64,000 nt of DNA from Azolla caroliniana (GCA_043228905.1 JBHGNT010000002.1:15066001-15130000); one strand, 5' to 3'. Counted from the stretch's first letter, positions 12,878 to 26,401 are shown. Made by a program: numbers and translations. Notes: generated by a model from the sequence alone, not told the origin.

Positions 12878-15563
12878 ACACAGAAGCATGACGTAGATTA
12901 CGATGAGACCTTCGCCCCAGACACGAAGATGACTATCGTGGGAGTTCTACTAGCCGTAGCTGTGGCGAAGGGGTGGCATCTACATCAGATGCATGTTAAG
13001 AATGCATTCCTGCAAGGTGATCTTGAGGAACAGGTGTACATGGTACAACCCCCCGGATTTCTATCCGAATAGAACACTTCGGCAACCTACTGATTGAAGA
13101 AGGTGTAATACGGACTTAAGCAAGCCCCATGACCTTGGAACACAAAGATTACCCAACGATTGCGTAGAATGGGGTTTACGACGTCCAAATGCAGTTTGTG
13201 GGCAACATTGAGCTGATCTGCACCCCCGAAGGCATATTGATCAGCCAGCATCACTACAGGTTGAATATGCTTTTTAAGTTCGGGATGGCAGATTGTAAGC
13301 CCATCTCGACCCCTTTGGATAGAAATGTAAAGCTTCGCCGAGATTCGGGAAAGGCATGCGACCCGACACAGTTCTAACAAATTGTCGGAAGCCTAATCTA
13401 CTTGACGATTACACGGTCAGATCTTGGTTACCCGATTGGCTTGATCAGTCAATTTATGTCGTAGCCCACGACCGAACACTTTCAGTGCATGCAAAGGATA
13501 TTGCCATATGTCAGCGGCACTAAGGACATGGCATTGCTGTATCGGGCAGGCGTAGCCGAAAAATTAGTTGGCTACACGGATGCCGATTGGGCCGGTGTCG
13601 TGTGAATCTTCACACACTATGTAAAAAAATAATGAAATAATTATTTTAGATTAGATTAGTAGCTTGTTATAGAAAGATGGATGTACTCAAGAGCTTCAAA
13701 ATGCATTTTACTAGATACAAAATGGACAACCACATATCAAGTTATGAGAACATGAAGTTTGAGAAGATAGGGAAAATAGAGCTAAGGCCCTGGCTATATA
13801 TGCGCATTGAGATCCCTCATTTTTCATTTGTGCTAAGAGCACTTTGGCCACTTTGTCTAGACGGATGAATGTGGCCAAGTTCCCAAAAACTGACTGACAA
13901 TAAAATGGAACCGGCCGGAAATCAATTCGGAACCGGGCGATAAGCCAGAAACCAAATTGCAACCGGTCGGAAACCAAACCGAAACTGGCCGATAAGCAAA
14001 CCGGAACCTGCCGGTAATCAAATCGAAACCGGCGAAACCAACAATCAGATGGAGTCGGAAACCGGGCAAATCCGGCAACCGGCGACCGGGCGAAGCCGGC
14101 AACCGGAAACTCGCGATCGGACGGAACCGGTGATCAGGCGGAACCAGCGACCGGAGGAGGTGGGAAGCAGACCGGATGGATTGGATGGGCGGTGATCGTG
14201 ACAGACGGATTGGATGGGCGGTGATCAAGAAGGACGAATTGGATGGGCGACGATCGAGACGGATGGATGATAGGATCATGTGGCAAATTAAAGTAAAGTA
14301 AAAAGTAAAGGCCATGTGGACGCATGCAACTAAAGTTGGAGGGCATGCATAAAGTAAAGATCATATGGAAGGCATGAAAAGAAAAATTGGAAAGATCATG
14401 CAACTAAAGTAAAAACGCCATGTGGAACACATGCAAAGAGATGGGAGATGCAAACTGAAGTTCCTTCATGCAAGTGTATGGGTGAGAGAGAAAAAGGAAG
14501 AATCCGAATTTTCTTAGTGGATCTATCACTCATAATTCTAAATTTTCCATACGGAAGCTATTCAACTCATAAACCATATCTCTTATCAAAGCCAAAAAAC
14601 CCTAATTTTCCCTACGGAAGCCATATCTCTCGTATAACCTAATCCTAATTTTCCTTACAGAAGGCATATCTCTCATAAACCCTAATTTCCTTACGGAAGC
14701 CAAAAACCCTAAATTTCCCCACGAAAGCCATATCTCTCAAAATCTAAAATCTCTTATCAAAGCCCAAAACCCTAAATTTCTATTGAATCCATATTTAGTT
14801 TCTTCTAATCTATTATTCTAGTAATCTCCATAAGTTAAAACTTTTGTAATCCCAATCTTGGGATTGATTGTAATCTTTCTTTTCCTTTGTTAATGAAATT
14901 TGTCAATCTTTCTTATTTCCATTAATTGTTTAATATAAACATACGAATTTGATATCCTTTGGTCGGAGGCCCCAGGGTCCTGCCTCAAGTTCACGTGTCC
15001 TTGTCGTATTTTCGCGACACTGGAAATGCCCACGAACGTAGATCCACATCCGAATACGCATTCTCTTTGGGCAGTGCGGCGATTGCGTGGAGTAGTAAGC
15101 AGCAACCGACAGTAGCGTTGTCGAGCATGGAGGCCTAATATTGATGTGCAACTGTTGCTACGTGCGAAGTCATTTGGCTGAGACGGCTATTACAGGATCT
15201 GCATGTGGAGGTGTTTGATCCGACGATGATCTATTACGACAACCTCAACAGCATGCACCTTGCGAAAAATCCTATATTCCAAACCCGGACCAAGCACATT
15301 GAGGTGCACTATCATTTTGTCTATGAGTGTGTCCTTTCTGGTCAAGTCGAACTAACATTGAGGTGCACTATCATTTTGTCTATGAGCGTGTCCTTTCTGG
15401 TCAAGTCGAACTAGTGTATGTTCCCACGAGTCGGCAGATTGCCGACATCTTCACCAAGCCCTTCAGTCTCGACAAGTTGCAACATTTCTCAGGTGAGCTG
15501 GGTTTGCGTCACCTCGACACGCCGAACTTGAGGAGGAGACAATAGGAACAGGAGCGTGAAAGG
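12878..15563 (+). mobile_element. Copia RT/RNase H fragment of a second lineage, split by a solo LTR
   Basis: [25 protein letters not shown]|NAHERRSTS, TKHIEVHYHF, ADIFTK; same lineage as 62056-64000. Confidence 0.85.
13596..15019 (+). mobile_element. Gypsy-type solo LTR with 4-bp TSD (CCGG/CTGG)
   Basis: TGTCGTG...CGCGACA; removing it plus 4 bp restores the frame DWAGNA; homologous to 45475-46515. Confidence 0.85.
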
Positions 15564-15611
15564 TGTCGAGCCTTGAGAATAGGAGAGAGAAAGATAAGAT
15601 GACGATAGAAA

Positions 15612-15666
<55 letters not shown>

Positions 15667-18130
15667 ACACTAGAAATGGAAAGAGAGTTTATATTATAAG
15701 AGAGCAAGGATTACAAAGAGTAACCTAAGGGGCTACAAACTGGTGTTGAACCGAATGAGTTGTGATGAATGAATAGACACCTATTTATAGTCCTTATCAA
15801 GGTTGTTAGGTACGTTAGATATGGTACGGATACCATACGTATTTAACATATTAATACGGGTATCGTACCTCCCAATTTAAAAATACGTTAAATACGTTTT
15901 TTAATATATTAAATACTTACAAAATACGTAAAATACGCATTTTACGTATAGTACGTTAAATACTTCTAGAATTTGAAAATTAATTATCTTTCAAAAAAAT
16001 ATTTGTAATACTATAAAAAGCATCTATGTTTAAACAATTTTGTGATGTACATTATAGTTCTACATCCTAAAATGCATATAAGACATTTGAACATTTCACA
16101 TCCTAAAATACTTATTAATATGGATGTCAACATTCACTTGTTCTATAAATTAGTGTGTGTATCACGATGTTCTACTTCAAATTGGAATTATTTATGATTA
16201 TGCCCTTATAGATTGAGGAATCGTCTACAATTATCACACTCACTTTACGTTTCTGTCTTCTTCATCATCCTTCTTCTTCTATCTTCTATAATTATCACAT
16301 TTAGAGTCAGGACAAGTTTCAGTCTTCTTTTCTCTCTTTTTCTTCTTCTTCTTCTTCTTCTTCTTCTTCGTCATCTCTTCTGTTCTTCTTTCTTCCTTCT
16401 TTTTGCTTCTTTTTCACTATTTTCTTTTCTTTTGCTTTTTGTTGGGGTTTGACTTACATTTTATTATAAATACGTATTATACTTGTTTTTCAAATGTACG
16501 TTAAATACCGTATTGGACAAATCTACATGATATTTGACTGAACAACATTGAGGTATAATACGTACTATACAAATTATGAGGTATTATACGTATTTAAACA
16601 TTAAGTACGGGTACATAACCAACCATGGTCGTTATGGAGCATTCTAGATTGTTCTCGAATATTTAGGATATTTAATATAATCATGGAATATCCTAGAATG
16701 TTCTAGAATACTCTAAATATCTTGTAATAACTAATAATATACATCACATATGTTATTATAATGGTTAAAGGTCTAACATATAGACCAAGACATCTTGGGC
16801 TCGAATCCTTATAAGACCAAAATGTATGTCTTCATGACATTATCCCCGCTTTTCGACGACGAGTTCCACGAGTTGGAAGACAAGATTTCAGACTCTGCTT
16901 ATGGGGATATTTGTTGCGAAACGCAACAACCATTTTGGAGGCATTAGCAAGATTCTCGAGAGGTTCGATCATTAGGTGTATAACCTAACCAGTCAACCAA
17001 ATAATATAGTTTGTTGCGAATGATCTTGGAGTCGAGAATGGCAGCAACTTCATATTCGGAGCCATTCGAAACTTCGATTGGAGGTGGGGGAGATGTAAGA
17101 CGGCCTAGAATAGAGCTAGTTATGTATGGCTCCAAAAGTGAAACATGGAAGACCGGGTGAAGATGCATATGAGGGGGATGTTCAAGGCGAAATGCCACAT
17201 CATTTGAGGGGGATGTTCAAGGCGAAATGCCACATCATTGATCTTACCAAATATCACATATGGGCCAAAACATTGATAATCCAATTTGCAGCAAGGTCGG
17301 GTTGTTTTAATGTGACCTTGTAAAAGCCATACTCGATCTCCCACTTGAAATGTAGTTGATAAATCACATTGATGACGGTCGGCAACCTTCTTTTGAGTGT
17401 TTTGAGCATCACATAAATGTTGCAAAAGGAAATCTTGAACTTCTTGGAGTCGGGTGAGCCGATCTTCAGCAACAGAGTTTGTCGAGAGTTCGGGATGTTC
17501 AAGCATAGTCCAACGAGGCTGGTACCCAATGTTTGTAAAAAATGGGGAATATCCAGTAGAAGAATGTTCCTAGTTGTTGTAAGCAAATTCCACCAAATGT
17601 AATAGATCAACCCAATCATCTTGTTGATAGTTGACAAAACAACGAAGATGTTGTTCTACTGTTTGGTTGGTGCACTCACTCTGTCCGTTAGTTTCTGGAT
17701 GGTAGCCGAAAGAGAGTTTGCAAGAAGTATTTAAGAGTTTGAACATGTGCCGCCAAAAATTTGAGATGAACTGGGGACCCCGATCCCTGATAATTATCAC
17801 GAAGACCATGATGCCGAAACACCTCTCTCATGAGTAACTCGGTTGTCTCTTGGCTCGTAATGGCCTTTGTGCAGGGAAGAAAATGTGTCATCTTGGTAAA
17901 ACGATCTACTACTGTGAGAATAGAATCAAAACCCTTGGAAGGTGGTAGATCTGTAATGAAGTCGAATGAAATAGATGTCCATGGACTCTAAGGAATAGGC
18001 ATTGGCTGTAATAAGCCATATAGATGATGTCGAGGTTTTTTGGATCGGCAACATGTATCACAACTATGAACATAATCCGTAACAAAATGGCGAAGTCGTG
18101 GTCACCAATACCTTCGAGAAATTAACGCCA
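15564..18130 (-). mobile_element. Tcn1-like chromovirus 3' portion (integrase + chromodomain + 3' LTR)
   Basis: DRGPQF, YHPETNGQSE, GPY, HPVFHVSLL, chromodomain EYEVAAILDSK..YLVDWLGY; PPT about 16840-16847; LTR about 15564-16839. Confidence 0.85.
15798..16627. mobile_element. Non-autonomous hAT-type element inside the chromovirus LTR
   Basis: TIR CA(A/T)GGTTG; 8-bp TSD GTCCTTAT/GTCGTTAT; subterminal TACG repeats. Confidence 0.75.
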
Positions 18131-18149
18131 ACAATGCTTGGAGCGATAA

Positions 18150-20100
18150 CTTTGAGGATCGGAACAATGATGAAGGTCCAAGAAAATATGGATATGTAAA
18201 TAACACAAGGCGGGTGTGTATGGCAATTGCACATCACTGGAAATCAAGTATTATATGTAAAGAGATCATTGCGCCAAGAAGCGCACAATATATTGTGTTA
18301 CAGGATATGCATACAACTAGGGGTTACTTGAATATATACGCGCCAAATCATGCATCGGCTAGGAAACACTTATGGTGTGAAATTACAAATGCATTACCAA
18401 ATGTATCTCATTGGTGTGTTGCAGGGGATTTTAGCATGCTTGAGAACCCGGATGCTAGGAAAGGAGGGAGTGTGGCAACGGATGCTTGGGGAGGAACTAG
18501 CAGTCTAGGAACGGATGTGTTTGAAATTGAGTATTTTGGATGCATGACATACACCTAATGTCTATAGATCTCAGGATTCCTTCAGTTTCTCACGTTCTGA
18601 TAGGAGAATTGGTGGAACCAATCACTCAAGATTGGATAGATTTTATGTGGGGGAGGCCTTTGTCTTAAATGGGGGGAATATCACGATTCTGCCAGGCACA
18701 ATTTTCTTTGATCATGCTCCTGTTATATTGAGAACCTTTGGTCAATCAAAAATGGCATCCATACGATTTAGGATACCAGAAAAGTAATGTTAGATGATCA
18801 GTGGTATATTCAAGTGAGAGATATTTGGCGGAAGAAAGATAATATGCATGTTCCCAATACAATCAAGGAGGCTTCTGCTTTGACGGAGCTATCACAATAT
18901 TTTGCATTGAAATCAAGATCTGAATATATGGAATATCAGGAGAAGGAAAGAAGGTTGAGGGCAACGTTGATATCTTTTCAAAGATCGCAACAGGGTCGAC
19001 CAGAGTGTGCATGGGTAGCTTTCCATCTTGAAGAAACTCGAAAACAGGTTCAACATATGGAAGAATGTTGTAGTCAAATTCGTTAACACAATTCTACATC
19101 AAGATGGACGCAAATTGGGGATAGATGTATGAGCCAATTTTCTAATATTAAAGGTGCTAAGAGAGTCTCTAATGTAACCTGTTGTGTGCGGAATGAAAAT
19201 GGCGAACTTGAAATGAACCCAAATGTTGTGAGGGAAATTGCCACGAAATTTTATGTTACCCCTCTGTCAGAAGAGTCTATTTCTGAGGATATCAGACAAA
19301 ATAGAATGAAGGTATGGGGGGAAATTAAGCCCAAGGTTACTCAACCAGTGTAAGATTCATTGATGTCAGTTGTTACAGAGTTGGAGTTGAAACAAGCGCA
19401 TTATATGTGGATGGGACTCTAATGAATTTGTAACAAGTAGAAGGGGCTTTGTTACAGTTTTGTATAGTGTCTGGACCTAAGTTAAATTGGGAGAAAACTG
19501 TTGCATTTTGGGTGAGCGAGGAGTCGCCGCCTTGTTGGGCACCACATCATACCTTCTAGTGGACTCAAAGAGGAGTTGCGGTTCAATATCTTGGAGTGCA
19601 GGTTGGGCTTGATTTGGCCCTAGAATTACATGCCGCACCGTTATTATTAACTTTGAGGAAAAAGTTATTCTTGTGGAGCCACGCTAAACTATCTTTGGCC
19701 GGGATAGTGATAGTTGCCAATCATGTGCTAAGAACTTGGGAGCATGTACATAAAGGGTGGGGACATGGAGGATTACTTGAGACATTACTTAGTGTGGAAT
19801 CCGAATATGAGTTTGCCATTAGGGCACATGTTGGGGTCCCGTACGAGATTGGATTGGGCCAAGCTTGATGCAGGGCCAACGTCATCGGTTGATACATGGA
19901 AATCCTTTCATACTTTACATATAAATGACATGTCAAAAAAAAATTCTTCCTTGAGAGGGAGCTGGATTATCTCGGACCAAGTGCAGTCGGTTTTGGGGCA
20001 CTCAGCCTCTACGATATGGTCCTTTAATCCTGCCAGGTGGGATATGGACATTTATGAGGCTTCAAGTGTTGTTGGGGGTAAGGGGACATTTTCCTTGCGA
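18150..20100 (+). mobile_element. Plant L1-clade LINE ORF2 remnant, internally deleted
   Basis: NIYAPN, WCVAGDF, SRLDRFY, DHAPV endonuclease motifs; YLGVQVG..LSLAG...ANHVL post-RT region. Confidence 0.75.
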
Positions 20101-20169
20101 ACACTTTCAAGACTATGATGTGGAGGAAGATGGCATTATATGTAGAGGAACGATACATCTAGAGATCTT

Positions 20170-21475
20170 GCAATATGCTACAAGGTACATGTACATTGAC
20201 ATATGCATATATGCACACACATACATAGATTACATATGTACATACATATTCTATATATATACATACATTATACATACACACACATTGGATATATGTATAC
20301 TTACACATACATTGGACATATGCATATATATTATGTGTATATTGTAAACATACATCCTTATATGAGCCATACACATACTAAATACGAAAATACCCCGAAA
20401 TTATACATACATTACATATTACATATATACACATATGTACACTCGTACATGTACATGTACATACATATTTTCATTTATACATTGCGACATGTATATACGT
20501 ACATATGCCTACAATGTTACACATATAAATTTTACAAACATACATCCATACACATATATACATACATTATTACATGCATACACATACATACATTGCATAT
20601 GTATATTACATACACATACATACATACATTACATATGTACATAGATATCATCACACACACACACACACATGGTCATACACGCTATAATAGTGCATATATA
20701 AATACACATACATACATTAGATATATACATAGATATCATGCACATATTACAATCACACATCCACACACATTGAATCCTGTACATTGACATATGTATATAT
20801 ACACACATGCATACATACATACATTACATATGCATATATGCATACACATATGTACATTCGTACATGGACATACATGTATTCATTCATACATTGCTACATG
20901 TATATACATACATATGTCTACAATGATACATTTATAATTTTTCCAAACATAAATACATACACATACATTCATACATAAATGTTCCACATATTAGATATAT
21001 ACACATATGTACATTCATACATGTACATACATATATTCATATATACACTAAATAGTACATATATACATACATTAGATATATACATAGATATTATGCACAT
21101 ATTGCAATACACATCCATACACATTGAATCATGTGCATTGGCATATGCATATATGCAAACACATACATACATACATACGATATGCATATATCCATGCACA
21201 TATGTTCATTAGTACATGGAGATACATATATTCATTTATACATTGCTACATATACATACATACACATACATACACATACATACATACATACAAACATACT
21301 ATATGCATATATGCATGCACAAATGTTCATTAGTACATGGACATACATATATTCATTTATACATTGCTACATATACATACACATACATACATTAGATATA
21401 TACATAGATATTATGCACATGTTACAATCACACATCCTAAATATTGAATCATGTACATTGACATATGCATATGTG

Positions 21476-21524
<49 letters not shown>

Positions 21525-21786
21525 GTTACATGTATGCATACACACATGTACATTCATATAGGGACATACATATATTCATTCATACATTGCTACAGTATAT
21601 ACGCACATATGCCTACAATGATACACTTATAAATTTTACAAACATACATCATTCCCTAAAAATATGTGTAGACAAATACATGTGCATACACACACACATA
21701 TATATATATCCATACATTGTTCACGTATATACATACACATGCCTTCCATGATACATGTATAAATGTTACAAACTTACAACCATATG

Positions 21787-21820
<34 letters not shown>

Positions 21821-22020
21821 CATAGAACATACACACAAGCACAAAACACATACCTTACATACTCACATGCCATACACACAATACATACAATACAATATGT
21901 ACATACATACACACATGCCATACATACAATATATACAATACAATACAATACAATTGTACATATATATACACATGTATATACACATCTACTCATGTACATA
22001 TACACTGACACATGTGTATT
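20170..22020. repeat. Degenerate (TACA/CA/TA)n low-complexity array with longer internal repeats
   Basis: Purine-pyrimidine alternation over about 1.85 kb; recurring blocks such as ACATTAGATATATACATAGAT; similar tract at 23210-23430. Confidence 0.9.
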
Positions 22021-22668
22021 GTTAGACTATTTTAATTGCGTTATTAAGAAATGTTTTGCATATTTAAAATTTCACAAGTCCACACATACAATAACACAGA
22101 TAACTCCAATCTTCTATCTTGTAGTCCTCCATCAATGGATCTTGGAAAACTGAATGTATTGATGCCCAAACCCAAAAAAGTAGTGGCACCGATACTAAGT
22201 TTGAGATGCCAGATTGAACTATACATAAGTGATTGTAGAGACACTCAGATGTGAAGCCTAATGACTTGATGTGCCCTTATAAATTGCCATTTTTAAGCAA
22301 AGAAGAGCCTGATTTTTTAGCAGGTATTGTTTAAAAGAAAAAGGGATCGTTCATCTGTCCAAATGTTTTATTTGTTTGATTATGAATAGTGATATGCATA
22401 AGGAATGTTACATATTAATACTAGGGACAGTACTGATGACATCATCAACAAAGAAAGAACGACTTCAAGCATAGAAGCAAAATGTCTCTAAAACAAATGT
22501 GTGAAAAAGTATTTTCCACATGTTCACAATTCCCAGACTCTTCATATGAGTTCTTGTTTGAATCAACCATTGGGCTCATCAAATATATTAGAAGATGTAG
22601 AACAGATTTTGCCACAAAGAAGATTATGTTCCACATATTTCTTAGAGTCCTTAGCTTATTCAAATTAG

Positions 22669-23146
22669 TTCTGCTTTGGTACCACAATTGGGCCCATCCA
22701 ATGTCGGAAGATGTAGAACACATTTTAAAATATCAATCCTATATTGAGGCAAGCATAGATGAAAACTTTATAGCACCTATTGCCCTTCATCATGTTGGTA
22801 AGCATGCAATTCAAGGGTTGTCAAAGACAATTAATCATACCCTGCAATTAGTTTAAGAGGAGGTTCACCATGAGTATATACGGAGTATGAGGACATCTAT
22901 TGTCAATTATATACTTTAGGTTTCTGCATTATCTATCCTAATTTAATTATCTTTTTAAACCACTTGTATTATATAATAAATCGTTAAGGCAATGTCAAGA
23001 CTCGATTTTAAAAGAGCAATTTCCTAGCCACAGTGGGATAAGTCAGAGCGGGATAGATTTGCACTTACAAATATAGAAAAGGTCCTTCAAGTAATTACAT
23101 CATATTTCGCAAGATCCCACATGATCCGGATTTTATTACTAGAGTG
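22669..23146 (+). pseudogene. Exon fragments resembling an axonemal inner-arm dynein heavy chain N-terminus
   Basis: ILKYQSYIEASIDENFIAP...EEVHHEYIRSMRTSIVNYIL, GT-AG intron 22920-22988, then ..PQW..F..IEKVL..MIRILLLEW|GT; resembles the DNAH7/3-type N-terminus from memory; in-frame stops. Confidence 0.55.
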
Positions 23147-23639
23147 GTGAGTTATTGTCTTGAATGCACATGGGGCAATGTTAGGATCATTGAACATACT
23201 ACATCCATTAACTTTAGAGGTTGCATATATGCATAACACATAGATACATACACACATGCCATGCATCTAAGATATATAATACATACAATACAATACATAC
23301 GTAAATAAACATGGAATACAATACAATACATACGTAAATAAACATGGAATACAATACAATACATACATATGAGCATATGCAATGCAACACAATATGTATA
23401 TATACAAACACACATGTATAAAACATACATGTCTCTTCTATGTAAGGGCATTTAAAATGAGTTGTTGTCAAAATATATATTGACACTAAGGGGTATTTAT
23501 AATAACCAATTTTTTATAGAAGGGTATCTAAAATAGTAAAAAACATACTTATAAGGGGTTTATAAAAGATTTCGTGAACGCACGTGATATAACCTCTTTA
23601 TATATAGTGGAGCCCCTGAGAAGGAGAGTAACAAGCACT

Positions 23640-24137
23640 AACAACTTCGGCACATACCGGAGGATGTGCAGGTTCGGAGGGGGTGAGTGTCGTAGTATAC
23701 ATCGTACACTACGTGAAATACGTATGGAGTACCTGAACGAATACAGATAAAGAAATAGGAGAAAATACTAAAATAATTATGTTACATGCATAGGGCAAGA
23801 TTTGAACATTGTACCTCCATGCTAACAATTTCAAACATTACCATTGTAATAACATATCAAGAGTGTTAAATTTGTAGATTTTAGCTATACAAATCTTTAT
23901 TTACGCATATATTCTAGAAAACTATGATAGAAAAAGCTATTCATGCACATCTAATATGCATGAACACTTTAGAAGAAAAAAAAAGCATGATAGAAAAAAC
24001 TTTTCATGCACATCTAGTGTGTATGAATACTTTAGTTAGAGAAAAAACATGATGTTGCATGTGGTAAGTCTCTCCCATCGCTATATAAGGGTGGGGAGTA
24101 AAATGTAATAGGTTGTTGATTCTTGGGTAATGTTACT
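23640..24137 (+). mobile_element. Gypsy PPT plus first half of a 3' LTR
   Basis: GGAGGGGGTGAG followed by TGTCGTAG at 23688; TATA at 24081; interrupted at 24138. Confidence 0.7.
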
Positions 24138-25479
24138 TGTTAATGGGTGGGGGGGGTGAAGCATAGAACGACTCCACCCCCCTCCCAAGGGGGTTATGAT
24201 AGAGAGAGAGAGAGAGAAGGAGAGTGAAACAAAGAAACACACCAAAATGAGAGGGGAAAAAGCTATGTCCATTACATACCCCATAAGGGGTTTATCTAGT
24301 ACAAGAGGTAACTGTTACAAATAAAGAATGAGCCAAGTAGGGAGTTACATTACTTACCCACTTTCTCACCTTTGTACACATGCACAAAAATGTGCATGTG
24401 TTCATACACATACTCATCCTCACACATTCATTCATATTACACATTACACACCATACACATTACACCTTAACCCTCCCGTACACCTATACGCGTAACACTT
24501 GGCACACATGTGGGACAGTGCATTGGACGTTGAACCCAAAAGCCCATGCCAAAAACTCTTGTTGACTAGAAATCCATCGGTCTTCTCTTCTCTCTCGGTC
24601 AAAAATCCCTCGATCGTATTACTGTTCTACGATTGATAACTTCGATCGGAGCTAGCTTTACACAAACCTTCTCGTTCGGTCAACATATTGCACGATTGGA
24701 TCGTACACCAATCGACTTATCTAGTGTGGTAAAGTCATTTAGGTTTAACAATGATTGTGGGCATATGTGGGTGTATATTTATATATAATATATCTATGTT
24801 TTTCTTCCTTACTGTGAGTAGTGATGAGATTTTGTACCCTTGTGTTTCCGAAATTCTATGTCATACTCCGCAAGTGTTTTTAAAATTTAACTACCCTTAC
24901 GTTTTTTAAATTTCTTCGACTGCCCTCAGATTTTTGAAAATTTCCTCATCGTACCCCTCTTCTTTTTCTTCTTTCCTCTCTGGTGTTTTCAATTATGCTT
25001 TTTCTTTCTGTGGGCAGTGTTTCTATTTCTCGTCCTCCTTTCTTCTGTGTTGCTTCTATTGCGGCTTCTGCTATTGCTCTTCTTTGTTTCTGACTTCTTT
25101 GTGGGGTCTCGTTCTTCTTTTCCTCTTTCCACTTTTCCTTCTGTCCGGTGGCCGTCTCTGTCTGCCTAGTTGCCTCTCTCGGCCGACCTCTGTTTGGCTG
25201 TCTCTTGGCCAGCTCTCGACTCCCGGCCGTCATTTATTGGGCATCACTCGGCCTCGCGTCTCTCGGCCGTACTCTCAACCGTGTGTCTCGGCCGTGCATC
25301 TCAGCCGTACTCTCGGCCAGCGCTCAGACAATTGTCTCTCGGTCATCGCCAGCAGACTAATTGCTGGTTGTCTGACCGGCTTTGTCCGACCGACTGCCGG
25401 ACGTGTATCCGACCGGTTCCATCTGTACGACCTTCTTCATTCCTAGACAGTCTCGCTCACTGGGGTTCGGCATATTGCA

Positions 25480-26256
25480 GTGGCATTTTGTGGTGTTGGA
25501 GTAAGGGTAGGAGATTGGCGTGCCACCATGATTGCGCTGCTCTCCATGGACAACAATCTCTACTACATTTGTGGCTACTGATTCTCTTTCTGCACTTCAA
25601 GCCACGACTTGGTTTGATCTGATTCCAATTCTGGCACTTGAATCTCCACGTTAGTAGAACATCCCATTAATGTTGGTATGGATTTGCTTTGCTCTATTAG
25701 CCCAATGAAGAGTGTTATGTGTCTCTCCAAATGACATAATGCTCAGACGAAGTTAGCAATCATAGAAGTCTGGCAAGCAGCACCTAGTGAGTCTTTGAGG
25801 AGTAGTGTGAGCTTCGAGCTCCTGAATAGAATGTGCCTCTTTCCCTCAAGCAGGGCATTGATGCAGTTGCTTAGAGCAAGGATAAAACGAGTAATGTTGG
25901 CTCCCTCGAGTGACCTAATGGATCGTTGCCTTCTCACAAACTCGTTATATACTTCGAGGTAGGAAAGCTAGGCCACGAAGTCTCTGTCTCCACATGGTTG
26001 GTGAAGCTTCAGGAACAGATCTTTGAGAGCGAGCACCATAACTCTAGGATTGTTGGTAGTTCCAAGTAGGGATCGACAACGGTTTGGTTTAGGCTTAGCC
26101 GGTTTGGCCTGATCCAAGCCAAACTGCCTAAGCCTAAACCGTTTAAGGGATCTCAAACCTAAACCGAACCGGTTCACAAACCGGTTTAGGCTAAACCGGT
26201 TTGTGAACCGGCTTGGTAACCATCTTGGAAACCGGTTTCCAAACCGATTTGGAACC

Positions 26257-26292
<36 letters not shown>

Positions 26293-26401
26293 CGGATAAT
26301 CCACTATATACTATATAGTATACATTGTACAAGCTCTCCCTCCCACTCTCTCTCTCATGTCTGTGGTCTCAACTCTCTCCCTCTCTCTCTCCCCTTTGTG
26401 T

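Larger units (their letters stand above)
20159..23611 (-). mobile_element. Putative non-autonomous Helitron-like element
   Basis: Minus strand begins TCCACTATATATAAAGAG with AAATACCCCT-type subterminal motifs; weak hairpin plus CTAG at 20159-20185; A/T insertion site not met. Confidence 0.35.

Noticed and set aside
14590-14790. Interstitial telomere array
   Set aside because: Single AAACCCTAA motifs within longer LTR repeats, not (TTTAGGG)n
16750-16815. Functional tRNA gene
   Set aside because: No acceptor stem and a 5-nt anticodon-like loop; kept only as a tRNA-like module
20159-22153. Many His/Tyr/Ile/Thr- or Cys/Val/Met-rich ORFs
   Set aside because: Artefacts of the TACA low-complexity array
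24826-24960. MULE TIR-like ACCC-rich tract (also 51950-52070)
   Set aside because: No inverted partner; occurs at the same position in two related LTRs
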